Source of the DNA: Batkoa obscura
Lineage: Eukaryota
DNA: 64,000 nucleotides
Assembly (NCBI GenBank): GCA_030770535.1
Contig: JASVEC010000021.1
Location: forward strand, 558,001 to 622,000
Reading direction: 5' to 3'
Part shown: positions 1 to 13,227 of the stretch, in pieces
How positions within the stretch are numbered: the stretch's first letter is position 1
How the letters are laid out: each line of letters starts with the position of its first letter
Notes under the pieces: generated by a model
The model's database searches: none
What the model was told of the DNA's origin: nothing
Seen by the model: only the letters and a program-made list of their open reading frames with translations
Position numbers and translations under genes: made by a program

Positions 1-56
1 CACTATTTGGGTGGAACAACTATTGGTAGAATTTTTAAATAAAAAAATACATCCCC
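1..56 (+). mobile_element. MITE copy (right part; cut by window edge)
   Basis: CACTATTTGGGTGGAA...AAAATACATCCCC matches the family's right half. Confidence 0.75.
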
Positions 57-1141
57 AAATATTTTCTTAATATGTAATACTATATTTTTTAAAACGTTAA
101 TATCTTGAAATTAGTAGTATAGGGCATATATGAAACTGACTTAGGTTTATACTATTGAACTTTGAAGGATTTTGGATAAGCTTCCTTTTTTATAAAGGCT
201 AATTACATTTACATTGTTGTATATACGTTTAAAATCATCTATATCCTTTATATGATCGTGTATGATATAATGAGCCTTACGATTTGAAACAAGATGGTTA
301 TTACATTAACTAAGCGTAAACCACAAAAAAAATGAAACCCCCTTACTTATCAATGAATTCATACATTATTCTTTACTTCATATTAGAATTTTATTTATAA
401 TGAATCTTTAATTTTTTTTAAAACTACAAAAGAACTAGCAATCGGTGGAGCTTAAAATTTTAGTATAAGCTTAAAATTTTAATTTGGATATAACTTTCTT
501 AAAGTTTGAGGCTTTAAATTTGATAACTGTATTACTGTTAGAAGGGTTGAATCCTTGTAGCGAATGAAGCCAAGTTTATTTAGTCTAATTGACACTTAAA
601 TAAAAGTCTTAGCGAAGAGGTTGATAATAGTCACTTACTATTACCAGGTCATCTAACTTCCATCAGTATTACTATTTTAAATCCTTTAATCTGGGGTGTA
701 TTTTTGAAAAAATATAATAAAATTTTAAAGACTATCCTTAGAAACAACACCCGTGTTTGATGATATATCAATAGAAGCGTCTTAACTAGAAGTATCTACT
801 TTTAGAAATAATGACCCATTTTAAAAATTACTTTATCCTAAGGCAAAACAAAAATCTCAAGATGGATATTTTGAGTTTATCTATGAAAATCACTCTCAAA
901 AGCAGTAACTTATTATGTTGTGTGGTTAAGTATACTTGTTTCAAAGTAAAAAATGGTATCTATATAGTAAAATAAAGTGCACGTAAGATACTATAATTAG
1001 CTAAAATGTATTGATATGCTTCATTTGATATAAAAATTAAAATCGAAATAAAATACAAAAACATTAATTTAACACAATAAATAGTTAACATTTTTAAATC
1101 TATTCTCATATCATGATTTTATCTTAAAGGGAAATCTATAA

Positions 1142-2249
<1,108 letters not shown>

Positions 2250-2793
2250 TTTTTTTGATATTATCGTATTGATAAAGTGCAAGTATCTTATTTTGAAAAA
2301 CTATTTTCTTTTAACTTGTCAACTTTGTACAAATTTTATTTTGTTTTTTTATATTTCGGTTTTCATTGGCTTTAAAAAGAATCCTGTTGTTTTATTAGCT
2401 ATTTTAAAATAATGTGCCTTTCCACTAATTTAGGAGTTATACAGCTCCGCATTTATTTCAGAAAATTGGCAAGCTATAAATTTAGTGAGGAAATGATTTC
2501 TGAAAAGAATTTTAGTAAAATAAAATTAACAATGATAGTAATACAAAGTGACATTATATACAAGCATCCTTTTGTTTCGACATTTAACTAATGCTTTCAC
2601 TTGATTCTATGTTGCATACAAAGCGTACAAAATGCTGAATTTAAAAGATATTCCTAAGTCATGGATTTTTTATCAAGAATAGTAGACTAAAAATCAAAAA
2701 TATGGGAATGATTTTTCATTTTTTCATTTTCTACATAGCATAAAATCTAGAAAATACTAACAAGTTACTGAAATAAACAAGATACTCTTGTAT

Positions 2794-2894
2794 GGGAGGA
2801 TGTATTTTTGTGTTTAAGAATTTTACTAAAAGTTTTTTCATTCAGATAGTGATTAAAAGATGGAAAAAGTAATGAAGTTAAAAAAAACACCCGC
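2794..2894 (-). mobile_element. MITE copy
   Basis: Reverse-orientation match to the ~98-bp consensus. Confidence 0.8.
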
Positions 2895-3147
2895 ATATTG
2901 TAAATGAAGTGCAAGCTTTTAATTTAAAGATAAATATATATAGTATTAATTTTATAGTTATAATTTGGTTTGTTTTTGAACTTGATTTTACTGTTATAAT
3001 ATAAAACATTTTTCAAAAAATTAATAATTTATTAAAGAGAACTCAAAAAGAGTAGTATATTTAATGGTTAGAATAATATGACATAAATGGGTGGTTAAAA
3101 ATCCACTTCTAACAACACATTAAAAATTAAAAGTATGTATCATAATA

Positions 3148-4988
3148 TTATAAATGACCATCATTGGAAACAGTTGGAAACTCAGAATTGACTACACCAA
3201 GATGAAGAATTCTGTTACCAGATTGACAAACTGGATCCACATTTTTACCCACAACAATGCCATCTTCTGGTGCGAAATATGTTTCTTCAAGGTTACCAAA
3301 GATATTGTGTAATGTAGCAATCGGTTCATTCTTTTTAACCCATGTATTAACATCTGGAAGTACAGTTAAAATGCCTCCCCTAGATGCAAAAATCCAATAA
3401 GACTTAGCACATATTACTGGTGCATATTCGGATGGCGTTAAATTACCATCTTCGTTAATCATTTGCAAATGCGACATGATATTACTTACTCCCATCAATG
3501 CTGATCTTATAAATCTTTTTTGGAATCTAGAAGGATCTCCAATTTCTACAGTAATTGCTGGTATCCCTAATTCCATAGCTGCTCCTCTAAGTGAACCATC
3601 TGGAGAAGTATTATGTACAATAATCTGAGGGTTTTGTAATTGTGCCATATTTCTGGTTTTTGAATCCATCATGTTAGCTCTAACATATAAACTATTAACT
3701 CTTCCTCGTGATGCTGTATGTAAATCGAGTAAATACTCAATTTTATTTATTATTCGGTCCATCAAATTATAAGAGTACACTTGTGGCCTAGATCCGTTCT
3801 TTTTTCTAATTAAATGATGTAAGTGACCAACCCATAAGTATTAAGTATATTTTACCCTGGCATTAACCTATTTAAATCTTGCCCATCATAAGTTCTCTGA
3901 CTTGTTAAATAGCCTGGAACATTTGCTACTGGAACAGCGACAATGATTCCATGTAAATTGGACGTTTTAATTTCACGAAATAATCGATGTATTAAAGGAA
4001 TTCCATTTAATTCATTTCCATGTAATGCTGCGGTAATACCTAAAACTGGACCAGGTTTTACACCCTAAGAAATAATTCAATATGGTATATTTAATATTTA
4101 AATTGCAAACTCACTTTGGCTACAATAACTGGAACTTTAATCGGAAGTGATAAACCATCTTCAGCAACTACTACCCAAAGCCTTGAGATCCTGTCACCTG
4201 GTAAAGCATCTAAATCTAAGTTAGTTACAGTAGGAACCACGGGCTCAACTGGATGGATATCTTCCGTCGGAGCTAATGGTGCAGGCGGGACATGAGTTCT
4301 CCAAACCTGTTTAGCCTCAAACAACATACTTTCATCTTTTTCACTAGCAACGAAGGAACAATTAGTAACTAATGGCCACCAATCTTCTCTTATATTGGTA
4401 TCAATATGCTTATCGAATTTTTTCAATATTTTTTGAAATCCAGTGATATTTGTATTAGTAAACTCTAAACATTAATATGACTTTAAATAATTGAAATAAT
4501 TACCAAATAAATATTCTAATTGTTGCAACAGTTTTGAAAAATCTTGTCGCCTAGTAAATTGTTATTTATTTTTTTAAAATAAAATGAATTTCCTACCATC
4601 TATTTGTTTCATTCTGAGTCATTTCATCGCTCCACTACCAAATATTTTAATACTACAAATAAAATGTATAAAAATAGTCTTACAATACTCTTTAAGCTAT
4701 TTAGTCTTTCTCTCAATTCATTTTCTTTTACTTTATATCTATCATCTACTTTATTTAGTTCTTCTAATAAAAGCTCTTTGAACTCATTCATCAAATCGTC
4801 TTTTACTTCATCGCTTTTAACGCTATCTTTATCATATATTAGAATAAGGCATATAAGCATATTAAATTTAGCTTACCATTATAAGTGACCTCATACTCTT
4901 TAATTGCTTTTTTTAAAAGTTTATAATCGATATAATAAATAGCCCAAGTGGGTATTGACCTTAAGGCTAATTGTTTAGCAAATTTCAT
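3148..4988 (-). CDS. SPX domain fused to succinylglutamate desuccinylase/aspartoacylase (AstE/AspA, M14-like) Zn-deacylase, ~518 aa, 7 exons
   Basis: Exons 4988-4877, 4826-4684, 4634-4597, 4550-4504, 4464-4115, 4064-3856, 3805-3148; all GT-AG, 1557 nt in frame. SPX motifs MKFAKQL..PTW..YIDYKLLKK and NITGFQKILKKFDK. Deacylase motifs GPVLGITAALHGNE, VPVANVPG, DLNR, LDLHT, AITVEIG. Confidence 0.88.
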
Positions 4989-5662
4989 TTTCCTTCAAAT
5001 ATTTAGCAGAAAAACAAATTAGCTATATTTAAAATTTTTATTTATCATATATTAAAACTCATCATCATACTTTTTGTAACTATCCAAAAATAAATCGCTT
5101 AATTTCTGTTAAATAGCCAATGGTTGCATACTATAGCATGGTAGTTGCTTTTTTTATTGGTTCTTATTTTCCTTCCGCCTCATTTTAGTGTTCTGGCTAA
5201 ACTTACCTCATTATCTAGTTGGTGTGACTGGATTTTATTCTTTAAAAAATTAATTTGTTGGCGGATGCGTCATGACTAAAATATAGTTTATTAAAATTAA
5301 AATTATTTAATAGTCCAGAAAAGCTTATATATCGTAGATAAATTCATTTAAAGATGAAAATCCAATCTAATACATCTGCTTTATCGCTTCGTATTTTACG
5401 ATATATTTAATTTTGTGTGATATACACAATTCGTAATTAGTCCAATTCAATAAAAAGTGTTTCAAAAATTGATCAAAGAATTATAATATCTTTGAGGATA
5501 AGTTGATTGAATTAAAATTAAAATCAAAATTAAAATTAAATATCTTAATGCCTCAATATATAAATTAAGGGTGAATAATCATCAAACAGTAGAAAATGGC
5601 AAAAAAGTGTAACAAATTATTATCATTATTTTATTATAAACTAATATTAAGCTTTATATTAA

Positions 5663-5752
5663 GGGTGCTTTTTTGGCTTCATCACTTTTTCCATTTTTTG
5701 AGTGCTATTTCAGTGGAAAGAGAATTAGTAAAATTTAACCAAAAAATAGATG
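5663..5752 (+). mobile_element. MITE copy, right end degenerate
   Basis: GGGTGCTTTTTTGGCTTCATCACTTTTTCC...ATTAGTAAAATT. Confidence 0.7.
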
Positions 5753-5797
5753 GTGGTATGTTTTTTAACTCTTGTGAAAAATAAGAAAAATTTGAGC

Positions 5798-5871
5798 GCT
5801 CGTATGGCGCAATTGGCTAGCGCGTCCGACTGTTAATCGGGAGGTTACTGGTTCGATCCCAGTTATGAGCG
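5798..5871 (+). tRNA. tRNA-Asn (GTT), intronless
   Basis: Cloverleaf: acceptor GCTCGTA/TATGAGC, D-stem GCGC/GCGC, anticodon arm TCCGA-CTGTTAA-TCGGG, T-arm ACTGG-TTCGATC-CCAGT. Confidence 0.95.
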
Positions 5872-5915
5872 TAAATCATGAGCCTGGTGGATAATCTTTT
5901 ATTTCACCTAAAATA

Positions 5916-6009
5916 GGGGGAGATGTCTCTTTTTAGGGAATTTACTAACATATTTCCCGCTCAATAGCGCTTAAAAAATGATAAGTGTTGAAGCCAAAAA
6001 AACACCCTC
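5916..6009 (-). mobile_element. MITE copy, degenerate
   Basis: Reverse match ending GAAGCCAAAAAAACACCCTC. Confidence 0.7.
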
Positions 6010-6515
6010 AACATAAACCTTGATATTAGTTTATCATAACACTTTTATATTTAAAAAATATTTTCTCAAGCATTTTATAACTATTTTAATTTTATTGTCA
6101 TTAATATTATAATATCATATTAGACTTGAAAATTAACTCTATAAGTGCTCTCTAATAACACAATGGATTTTTTCTATAAATTCGTATACTGAAGATATTC
6201 AAATTAAAAGTATCCTTGATTATGCTCAATTCGTTACATTTAATACTTTATACTTTTCTTATACCAATGTTACTTTAGTAAAATCATAAGAGTATTAAAG
6301 ATATTTTTTAGAAACCAAGTATCCTTTATAGCATTTTATATAACTTTTAAGCTATATGTTAATTATAAAAACAACTAATAACAACAGTTAATAATTAAAA
6401 CAGGAAAATTTAACATTACAATTCACTTGAAAACCAATAAAAAGCATGTAGAAAAAGGTTACTAATATTTATAAATAAACAAAAAAGGAAATGAAGAATT
6501 AAATGAATAGTAAAA

Positions 6516-7304
6516 TTAAAGTCGCATCAAACTAGTCGAAGGTACAATGGAATTCCTTTTAAACAGCCTTTTATCTAGCTCATAAATTTCAAGCTAAAAG
6601 CAGGTTAATACTTTAAAAATATAAAACCAAACTAGATACAACTTACATATAAAAAGCCACTTTTAGTAGGATCTCTTAGGCACCAGCCTATAGGGTAATA
6701 AACATCCATATTTTGTTGTTCAATAAATTTACTCACTTGTTCAGCAGCCTAATCAAATCATTTTCATTTAAATATTGGTATTAAAAAAATCGAATAACTA
6801 TATCGCTTTACCTTATATAAATCATTTTTACAACATTGAGTATAAGTATAACAAGAAGCGATATCTAAAAAGAAAGTGAAAATATCTTTTAATTTTTCGC
6901 CATGCCCTTGGCTTATTATTCTATTGATAGTATCTATGGTATTATAAAATGTTTCTGGTGGTATCTAATAAGTTAAAATAAATAAATGAATTATAATTCC
7001 AATAGAGTTAAAAAAATAAGCTTACTTTTTGTGCTAACATAGGAGGAAATTGCATTTCAAATTTAGGTACATCTGGGGTAGAATAATCCCTTGGTACTTT
7101 AAATAATTTGCCATCTTGAAATAGGATACTATTTCTTATGATCCGATTGGTACTTAATCGTTTATTTTGTAAAACGGATTTAAGCTTATCCTTTGGTGGA
7201 GTATCTTGTTTTAAATGAATAGGTAATGGTGGAGGTAATTCACCTATTTGTTCCATGGAAAACTCTTCTTCTTTAATACCATTTTCTTGTAAACGTGTTG
7301 CCAT
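6516..7304 (-). CDS. Erf4/Golgin A7 (GCP16) family palmitoyltransferase accessory subunit, 4 exons
   Basis: Spliced product contains PRDYS..VPKFEMQFPPML..IPPETFYNTIDTINRI, YTQCC, FIEQQNMDVYYPIGWCLRDPTKSGFLYLEI, matching the Erf4 family pattern; TAA at 6516-6518. Confidence 0.8.
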
Positions 7305-8527
7305 TATATTATATTAAATCAAACTAGTATAGTTTTCATGTAAATAAGAATGATTAAAGCTTTTCATTAAATGTTTATTACTAACTTCCCCTTATTCATG
7401 GCAAAATTTAGGTGGGGTGGGAATTGATCTACTTTTATTGGTGGATTAAATTATAGTTTTTTATGCAAATTTAAACCCATTGAATTTTTTAAACCGAATA
7501 TTAGGTAAGTATATTTGAACTGGTAAATTATCTCATAAAGTTCAATGGTTTCATAAATGAAAGGTTGCAATCTGGTTAGCGAATTCATAGTAGGATAATA
7601 ACATTTACTTTATAAAACTATCAAATTAATTGAGACAAATTATCAGTATAAAAAGAACATGCTAGTATATCGTTCTTTATTTCAACTATTTTCATTTAAA
7701 TTTGTCGTTAATTTTTTTACCTGAATCTAAAATCATACAATTACATATAACCTTTATACACAGATAAAAAAAATAATGACAAATTTAAATGAAAATGCCT
7801 GAAACATAGATAACAACTTGATAATAAATAGGCTGGGTTTATTCTTCAACTTTCATCAATTGTTACTCTTGAGACTTAATTTGGTTAGGATTTTTTAACT
7901 CAAGAATAAATTTAATTGATTTCGTTGTTGCAGTCTTAAATTACAATCAATATAGTTTTAGAAATAGGTTAAAATTTATTATAAATCTAACTGTTAGTAC
8001 CCTCGAATAAACTCTAGTCTTTGAATTTTTATCAAGTAAATATAAGTGGTCTATTACTTTTAGTACTACTTGTAGTTGAATGATTCAGCTCAAATGCTAT
8101 GTTGTGATGTGTATCATTCCCTTTTTTCATCAAAACTTATAGTACAAAACCATACTTACATTTGATCATAGTTATTTAAAATTCAATTAAAAATAAAATC
8201 AATTTCTAAACACTTTAATATTATTTTAAGTTTTATAATAGTATATTGTTTGACATATATAATACGTAGATAATATAAAAGCTATAATTCTTTTTGAAAA
8301 AGTATTAATAAATGCTTATTAATATTCTTAAATGTTTTAAATTTATATACAAAAGGTTTTATAAAGTAATTTGAATATAAAAAACTGGTAAGTTTTTAAT
8401 AAAATACATAAATGTTTTTTAGATAATGTCATTTACTTTTGATATAAATGATTTTAAAATAAAAAATACTGAGTAAAAAATAAGTTTGAATAAGAATTTT
8501 TGAAAACAATTTAATATTTTACTAAAT

Positions 8528-8626
8528 GGGAGTGTTTTTTTTGGCTTCAGTACTTTTTCCATCTTTTAAGCACTATTTGAATGGAAAAATTATTAGTAAA
8601 ATTCTTAAATACAAAAATATATCCCC
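8528..8626 (+). mobile_element. MITE copy, TSD AAAT
   Basis: Full length; AAAT on both flanks. Confidence 0.88.
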
Positions 8627-8814
8627 AAATTGTAACTATCATAATTAAAATTTTAGCTTATTTTATATCTAGTATAACTAAATATTCTAAATTAATATAA
8701 CTTTTTATAAAATTCATTTGATAATATAGAATAACAAAAATAAAACATGAAATTAAAGAATGATAACACCCAAATTCTATCTCAATATTATTTCATTTAA
8801 AACAAATTTAATAA

Positions 8815-9520
8815 TATTATTTTGTACTTTAGGACAAGTAAGAATCTGGCATGTTCACCAAGTTTGCCTTTGATAATATTAACCTAATTTAATTCAATAT
8901 CATACAAATACTCAGCAGATTGAATTGTTTGCTGAGAGCTAATAAAGGTATCCTCAGTAGTACTATTCAATAAATGATTTGGTAGTGAAGGATACCTGAT
9001 CTTGTTCAATGAGTTAGAAGTAGCATTGTATTTTGAGTATGCGTTTTACATATACCTAACTCATTAGTACCAAAGGTAGGTTTAATAAATTGATAAATGT
9101 ATGAATTATCTTATTTAGCTAATAAGTCTATATTGAAGATCCCACCAGCCGAAGTCACCCCTTTGATTTGGCTCAATGACTTAACGCTGTCATTATTAGT
9201 ATACTGACTAGCATCTAATGCAAATAAAGCACCTAGATCAATACTAGCAGAATGATCATCAACAGTTATTTTACTACCTTTTAGGTTTAAACTACTCAAA
9301 CAAGAAATAATGCTAAAGAAAGCATTTGAAGTATTTTTGATGTAGTTCGGATGGATATTAGTATTATCTTTGTCACTTTGACTTAAATAGTGACGGGTTA
9401 TAATAGCAGTTATAGTGCCATGATCTTCGGCTAAAGTCAGTTGCTATGGTTTTGCTTGGTTTTATATCTTCAGATATTCGGTCCCATTTGAAATTTAATC
9501 CAATAATGATGAGTTTAATA
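8815..9520 (-). pseudogene. Degraded alpha/beta-hydrolase (kynurenine formamidase/HSL-like), copy A
   Basis: Fragments KITVDDHSAS (degenerate GHSAG), GGIFNIDLL, YIYQFIKPTFGTNE, TEDTFISSQQT, KLGEH, interrupted by stops and frameshifts; alignable to 34065-34770 and 52987-53785. Boundaries approximate. Confidence 0.7.
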
Positions 9521-10053
9521 TCTATTTTAAAGAATAATTAAATTAATAAAAATACTTCAAATTAATGAATCTAAATACGAGATCTTTTATTTATGTTTTT
9601 AAATTTATTATGGGTATTTTTGTTAATTGAGCTCAATATATTATATAAAATAACTTCATTTTAATTATTCAATTTCAAACTCGATAAGTTATAAACAATT
9701 GATTATTTAAATGTTCCTTTCTTTATATGATCTAACTAAGCTTTAAATAGAGTATTAAAGTTACTTAATGTAATCAAAATTAAGTAATCATAGCTATAAA
9801 AAATGTTTTAATTTTATTTACATTATTTTAAAAAAATAATGATAATTGTATTTGAAGCTTTAAATTTAAATATTTTTACATTTAATCAAACCAAGGTTTA
9901 AAATTTTAAGTTCATTTCACTCTAATTAAAATTTAAAAAAATAAGGGAGACTAAATCCTTGAATACTTAAAAAACGGACAAACAGTAATTCTCCGTATAG
10001 AAAATAGAAAACAAATAAACTCAAATTGAATTTTTTCTTTTCTGTAAAAAAAT

Positions 10054-10947
10054 ATGAAATTCTTTATTTATTTATTACTCATTACCAATATAATAACAAT
10101 CAACTTTTTATCTTCGTTTAAAAACATTAAAGGAATATTACAATTTAATGATAAAAAACCGGCATTACCTTTTCATTTTCCTATTACTAATCACATAACA
10201 AGGTTCTTTTTAAGGAGTAAGGAAGATAATGATAGTAGTGATGATAGTAACACAAATAAAAGCAATACAGGAGATGAGAGTGATACACAATCTAGTAAAA
10301 CCAATAAAAGTAGCACAACGTCTATTACAACAGATAAGAGTACTATACAGTCTAGTACAACAGATAAGAGTAGTACACAATCTAGTACAACAGATAAAAG
10401 CAATAGTAATAATAATGATAAAAACACATCTAATAAAGATAATAATTCAAGTACAAAAAATTGTACCCAATCGAGGATATTTTTTATTGCTCCATTACAA
10501 TCTAGTTTAGCTAAAATGGTATTAGCACCAATTGATGGTAGTATAACAATCAAATGGACAATTGACCCACCACCTAAACAATCATTTAAATTGAATATAT
10601 TGTTAGAAAAACGAACGGATGGAATATCTGTTATACCAATAGCAGATAAGTTGACTAAAATTAACGGTACTTATAATTGGGATATCGGAGCTTATAATGA
10701 AAGGGAGAATCGTACGTTTACATTAAATTCAGGTCAATATCGATTGTTCATTCATCAAGATGGCTTGGACTATACTAGTGTTTCTGATGATTGCAAGGAT
10801 TTAATAGCGGCTGCTACTCAATTATTTATTTTTGATCCAACTAATTTAGATCCTAAATTTATGGTCTCATCAAATGCATTCAGTTCCAAGTTAAAGTCAA
10901 TTATTTATTTCAATTGTATTTTGATACCTTGGATATTATTTTATTAA
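10054..10947 (+). CDS. Uncharacterised secreted, possibly GPI-anchored Ser/Thr-rich protein
   Basis: 297-aa ORF with hydrophobic N-terminus, QSSTTDKS-type repeats, a globular middle region (ITIKWT...YNWDIG), and SSNAFSS followed by a hydrophobic C-terminal tail. Confidence 0.65.
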   Translation: MKFFIYLLLITNIITINFLSSFKNIKGILQFNDKKPALPFHFPITNHITRFFLRSKEDNDSSDDSNTNKSNTGDESDTQSSKTNKSSTTSITTDKSTIQSSTTDKSSTQSSTTDKSNSNNNDKNTSNKDNNSSTKNCTQSRIFFIAPLQSSLAKMVLAPIDGSITIKWTIDPPPKQSFKLNILLEKRTDGISVIPIADKLTKINGTYNWDIGAYNERENRTFTLNSGQYRLFIHQDGLDYTSVSDDCKDLIAAATQLFIFDPTNLDPKFMVSSNAFSSKLKSIIYFNCILIPWILFY

Positions 10948-11476
10948 AAATGAATTATTTGGTGATTTATGTTATTTCATATATTGTATTTTGTAGAATA
11001 AATTAACCTAATCTATTATAATTATAGCTACATTAAACCAAATCTTTGTTAGAATGTGTAAATATGTATATTAAAATACTTATAAAAAGTATGTTTTTCA
11101 TTGTTTATAATTAGAAAAAAATTAGTTTTATTATTTTAATAATTTACTTTGCATCTTTGAATAAGTGTTTACTAATTTAAATAAAAGACGCAAATCAATG
11201 TTTTTTAAAGACATTACAAAAGACGTGTATGTTCCTATTATTACTTTTGAAACTTATTTTTTATATATGGTGGGTTAATTTAAAATTTTATAGATCAAAG
11301 CATTTTATACTACTTCCTTATACTTATCTAAAGCATCTTAAATAAATTTTATTTATTAAAGTACAATCTTGAACTTCTAATCATTATTTAATAATAAGAA
11401 TTTAGCTTTTCAAATATTGTTAATGAACGTAATAAGCTATTGAATAAATAACACATTGAATTAATTTTTATTTGGA

Positions 11477-12259
11477 CTAAGAATTCTGCAAAATAAAGGA
11501 TCTGAAGGCAGAGACACGGGTCCATACAGTAGGTATCCCTTTATGAGCACAGGGTTCCCCAAAAGAAGTAGTTCCAATTAAAATTGGATGTCCATTAGCA
11601 CCAATAATGAAAAGAGGGCCTCCCGAATCACCATTACATGCATCTTTACCACCCTCAGCGCCAGCACACACTTGTGAATCAACATTAATATCATAACCAT
11701 TATTGGCCCAATAACTAGCACATGCCTTCTTGTCAAAAATCGGAATTCTAACTTCTCTTAATACAGGGGAACCGGGGCCATTAGCTTTGGTGACACCCCA
11801 ACCAGCAGCTAATACTTTAAGACCTGTTTGTTCACCATAAGTACCATCATCTAAATCAATACTACCAATGCCAACTGAAGCAGGGATAGCAAGCTTCCAA
11901 ATAGAAATATCATTGGTAGCATTAAAGGAATCAAAATTTGGGTGATTGATGATTTTAGAAACAAAAATAGATTGTCCACCTTCAGAGCTAGAGGATTGTT
12001 TAAGATTGTGTCGATGCACATTAACAGTATATGAAGACGCCGGAAGTTCAGAACAGTGACCAGCAGTTAATACAGTGTCCCTGTTAAGGATAATACCGCC
12101 GCAGTCGTGGACACCTTTCACTTGTAACGATACTAACCATGGATATTTAAATTTTGGGCTTACTTCAACGCCACCAACTATACGATCATCTTGAATCTGT
12201 GAGGCTGAATAGATAAAATTAAAAAAAGTGGTAAGGGTAATGATGGGTTTGGTAAGCAT
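11477..12259 (-). CDS. Secreted trypsin-like serine protease (S1A), intronless
   Basis: Signal peptide, R-IVGG activation site, TAGHC (His), NDISI (Asp), GDSGGP (Ser); KDAC gives the Asp189-type trypsin pocket. Confidence 0.95.
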   Translation of the reverse strand: MLTKPIITLTTFFNFIYSASQIQDDRIVGGVEVSPKFKYPWLVSLQVKGVHDCGGIILNRDTVLTAGHCSELPASSYTVNVHRHNLKQSSSSEGGQSIFVSKIINHPNFDSFNATNDISIWKLAIPASVGIGSIDLDDGTYGEQTGLKVLAAGWGVTKANGPGSPVLREVRIPIFDKKACASYWANNGYDINVDSQVCAGAEGGKDACNGDSGGPLFIIGANGHPILIGTTSFGEPCAHKGIPTVWTRVSAFRSFILQNS

Positions 12260-13128
12260 TTTTGTACTCTTTAAAAAAACTATGTTTTTACAGCTATTTA
12301 ATTAGAGTATTTATATAGTGGAAATAAAACTATATCAAGAGGATAAAAACATTATTTTTGGACTAGTGATAGGCTCATGTTATAAGTCATTACTAAGGTT
12401 TTCTTCAATGGACTTAAGTTAGCTTGTTAAATACCAAGATTTATTTTTAATGAGTGATCTTAACTTTTACTGAATCTAATTTTAGTAAATCAGATGCCAC
12501 TATCACCTGTTTATTAATTACTCATTTTACTGCTATACATATAACAAGTCAAACTATTTTTGGTTTAAAATAGAACCCTTGGATTTTAATTTATTAAATT
12601 ATTTATGTAAGAATTCTAATGGCTTAAGGGATAGGTGTCATTCGTATAAAGCTGGAATCAAATATAAGTTAAATTTAAAAGATTTGATTTTGAAATTTAA
12701 TAAAATAGCAATTTCCATTAATGATTTAAACGTTCATTTTAAAGTAAATGAAACTAGTTTTAGATAAGTAATATGAAAGAATAGGTAATTTGTATTTGTA
12801 TTTTTATATGAAAAAGTATACTTGATATGTAATTTAATTTGAACTACTATTTTAATTAAAGTTAATTTATAATTATTAAACGATAGCTATAGATATTTTA
12901 TTAAAATAACATTAAAAATGCTTAAAAATTGATTTTATTTTTAATATATTTTTAAATAGTTATGATTAAATATAAGATTGATTTTATACTAAAAGCCTTA
13001 AGAAAAAAGGAGGAATGGTATGACTTTTATTATTCCATTTTTTACATTTAAGAGTTATACAATAAGGTTGTATTATAAGTTACTAAATAGAATGCTTAAA
13101 AAACTATTTAACCTACAAAACAATACTT

Positions 13129-13227
13129 GGGAGTATCTTTTTTGACTTCATTATTTTTTCCATTCTTTAAGTGCTATTTAAGCGGAAAATTTGTTAGTAA
13201 GATTCTTAAATACAAAAATACATCCCC
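13129..13227 (+). mobile_element. MITE copy, TSD ACTT
   Basis: Full length; ACTT on both flanks. Confidence 0.88.

Noticed and set aside
692..752. GGGGTGTATTTTT...AAACAACACCC resembling an internally deleted MITE; similar fragment near 24049
   Set aside because: No internal similarity and no matching TSD; could be chance.
10191..10553. Leu/Val-rich antisense ORF (likewise 58902-59330, 45352-45843, 21337-21717, 38273-38584)
   Set aside because: Shadow ORFs opposite well-supported genes.
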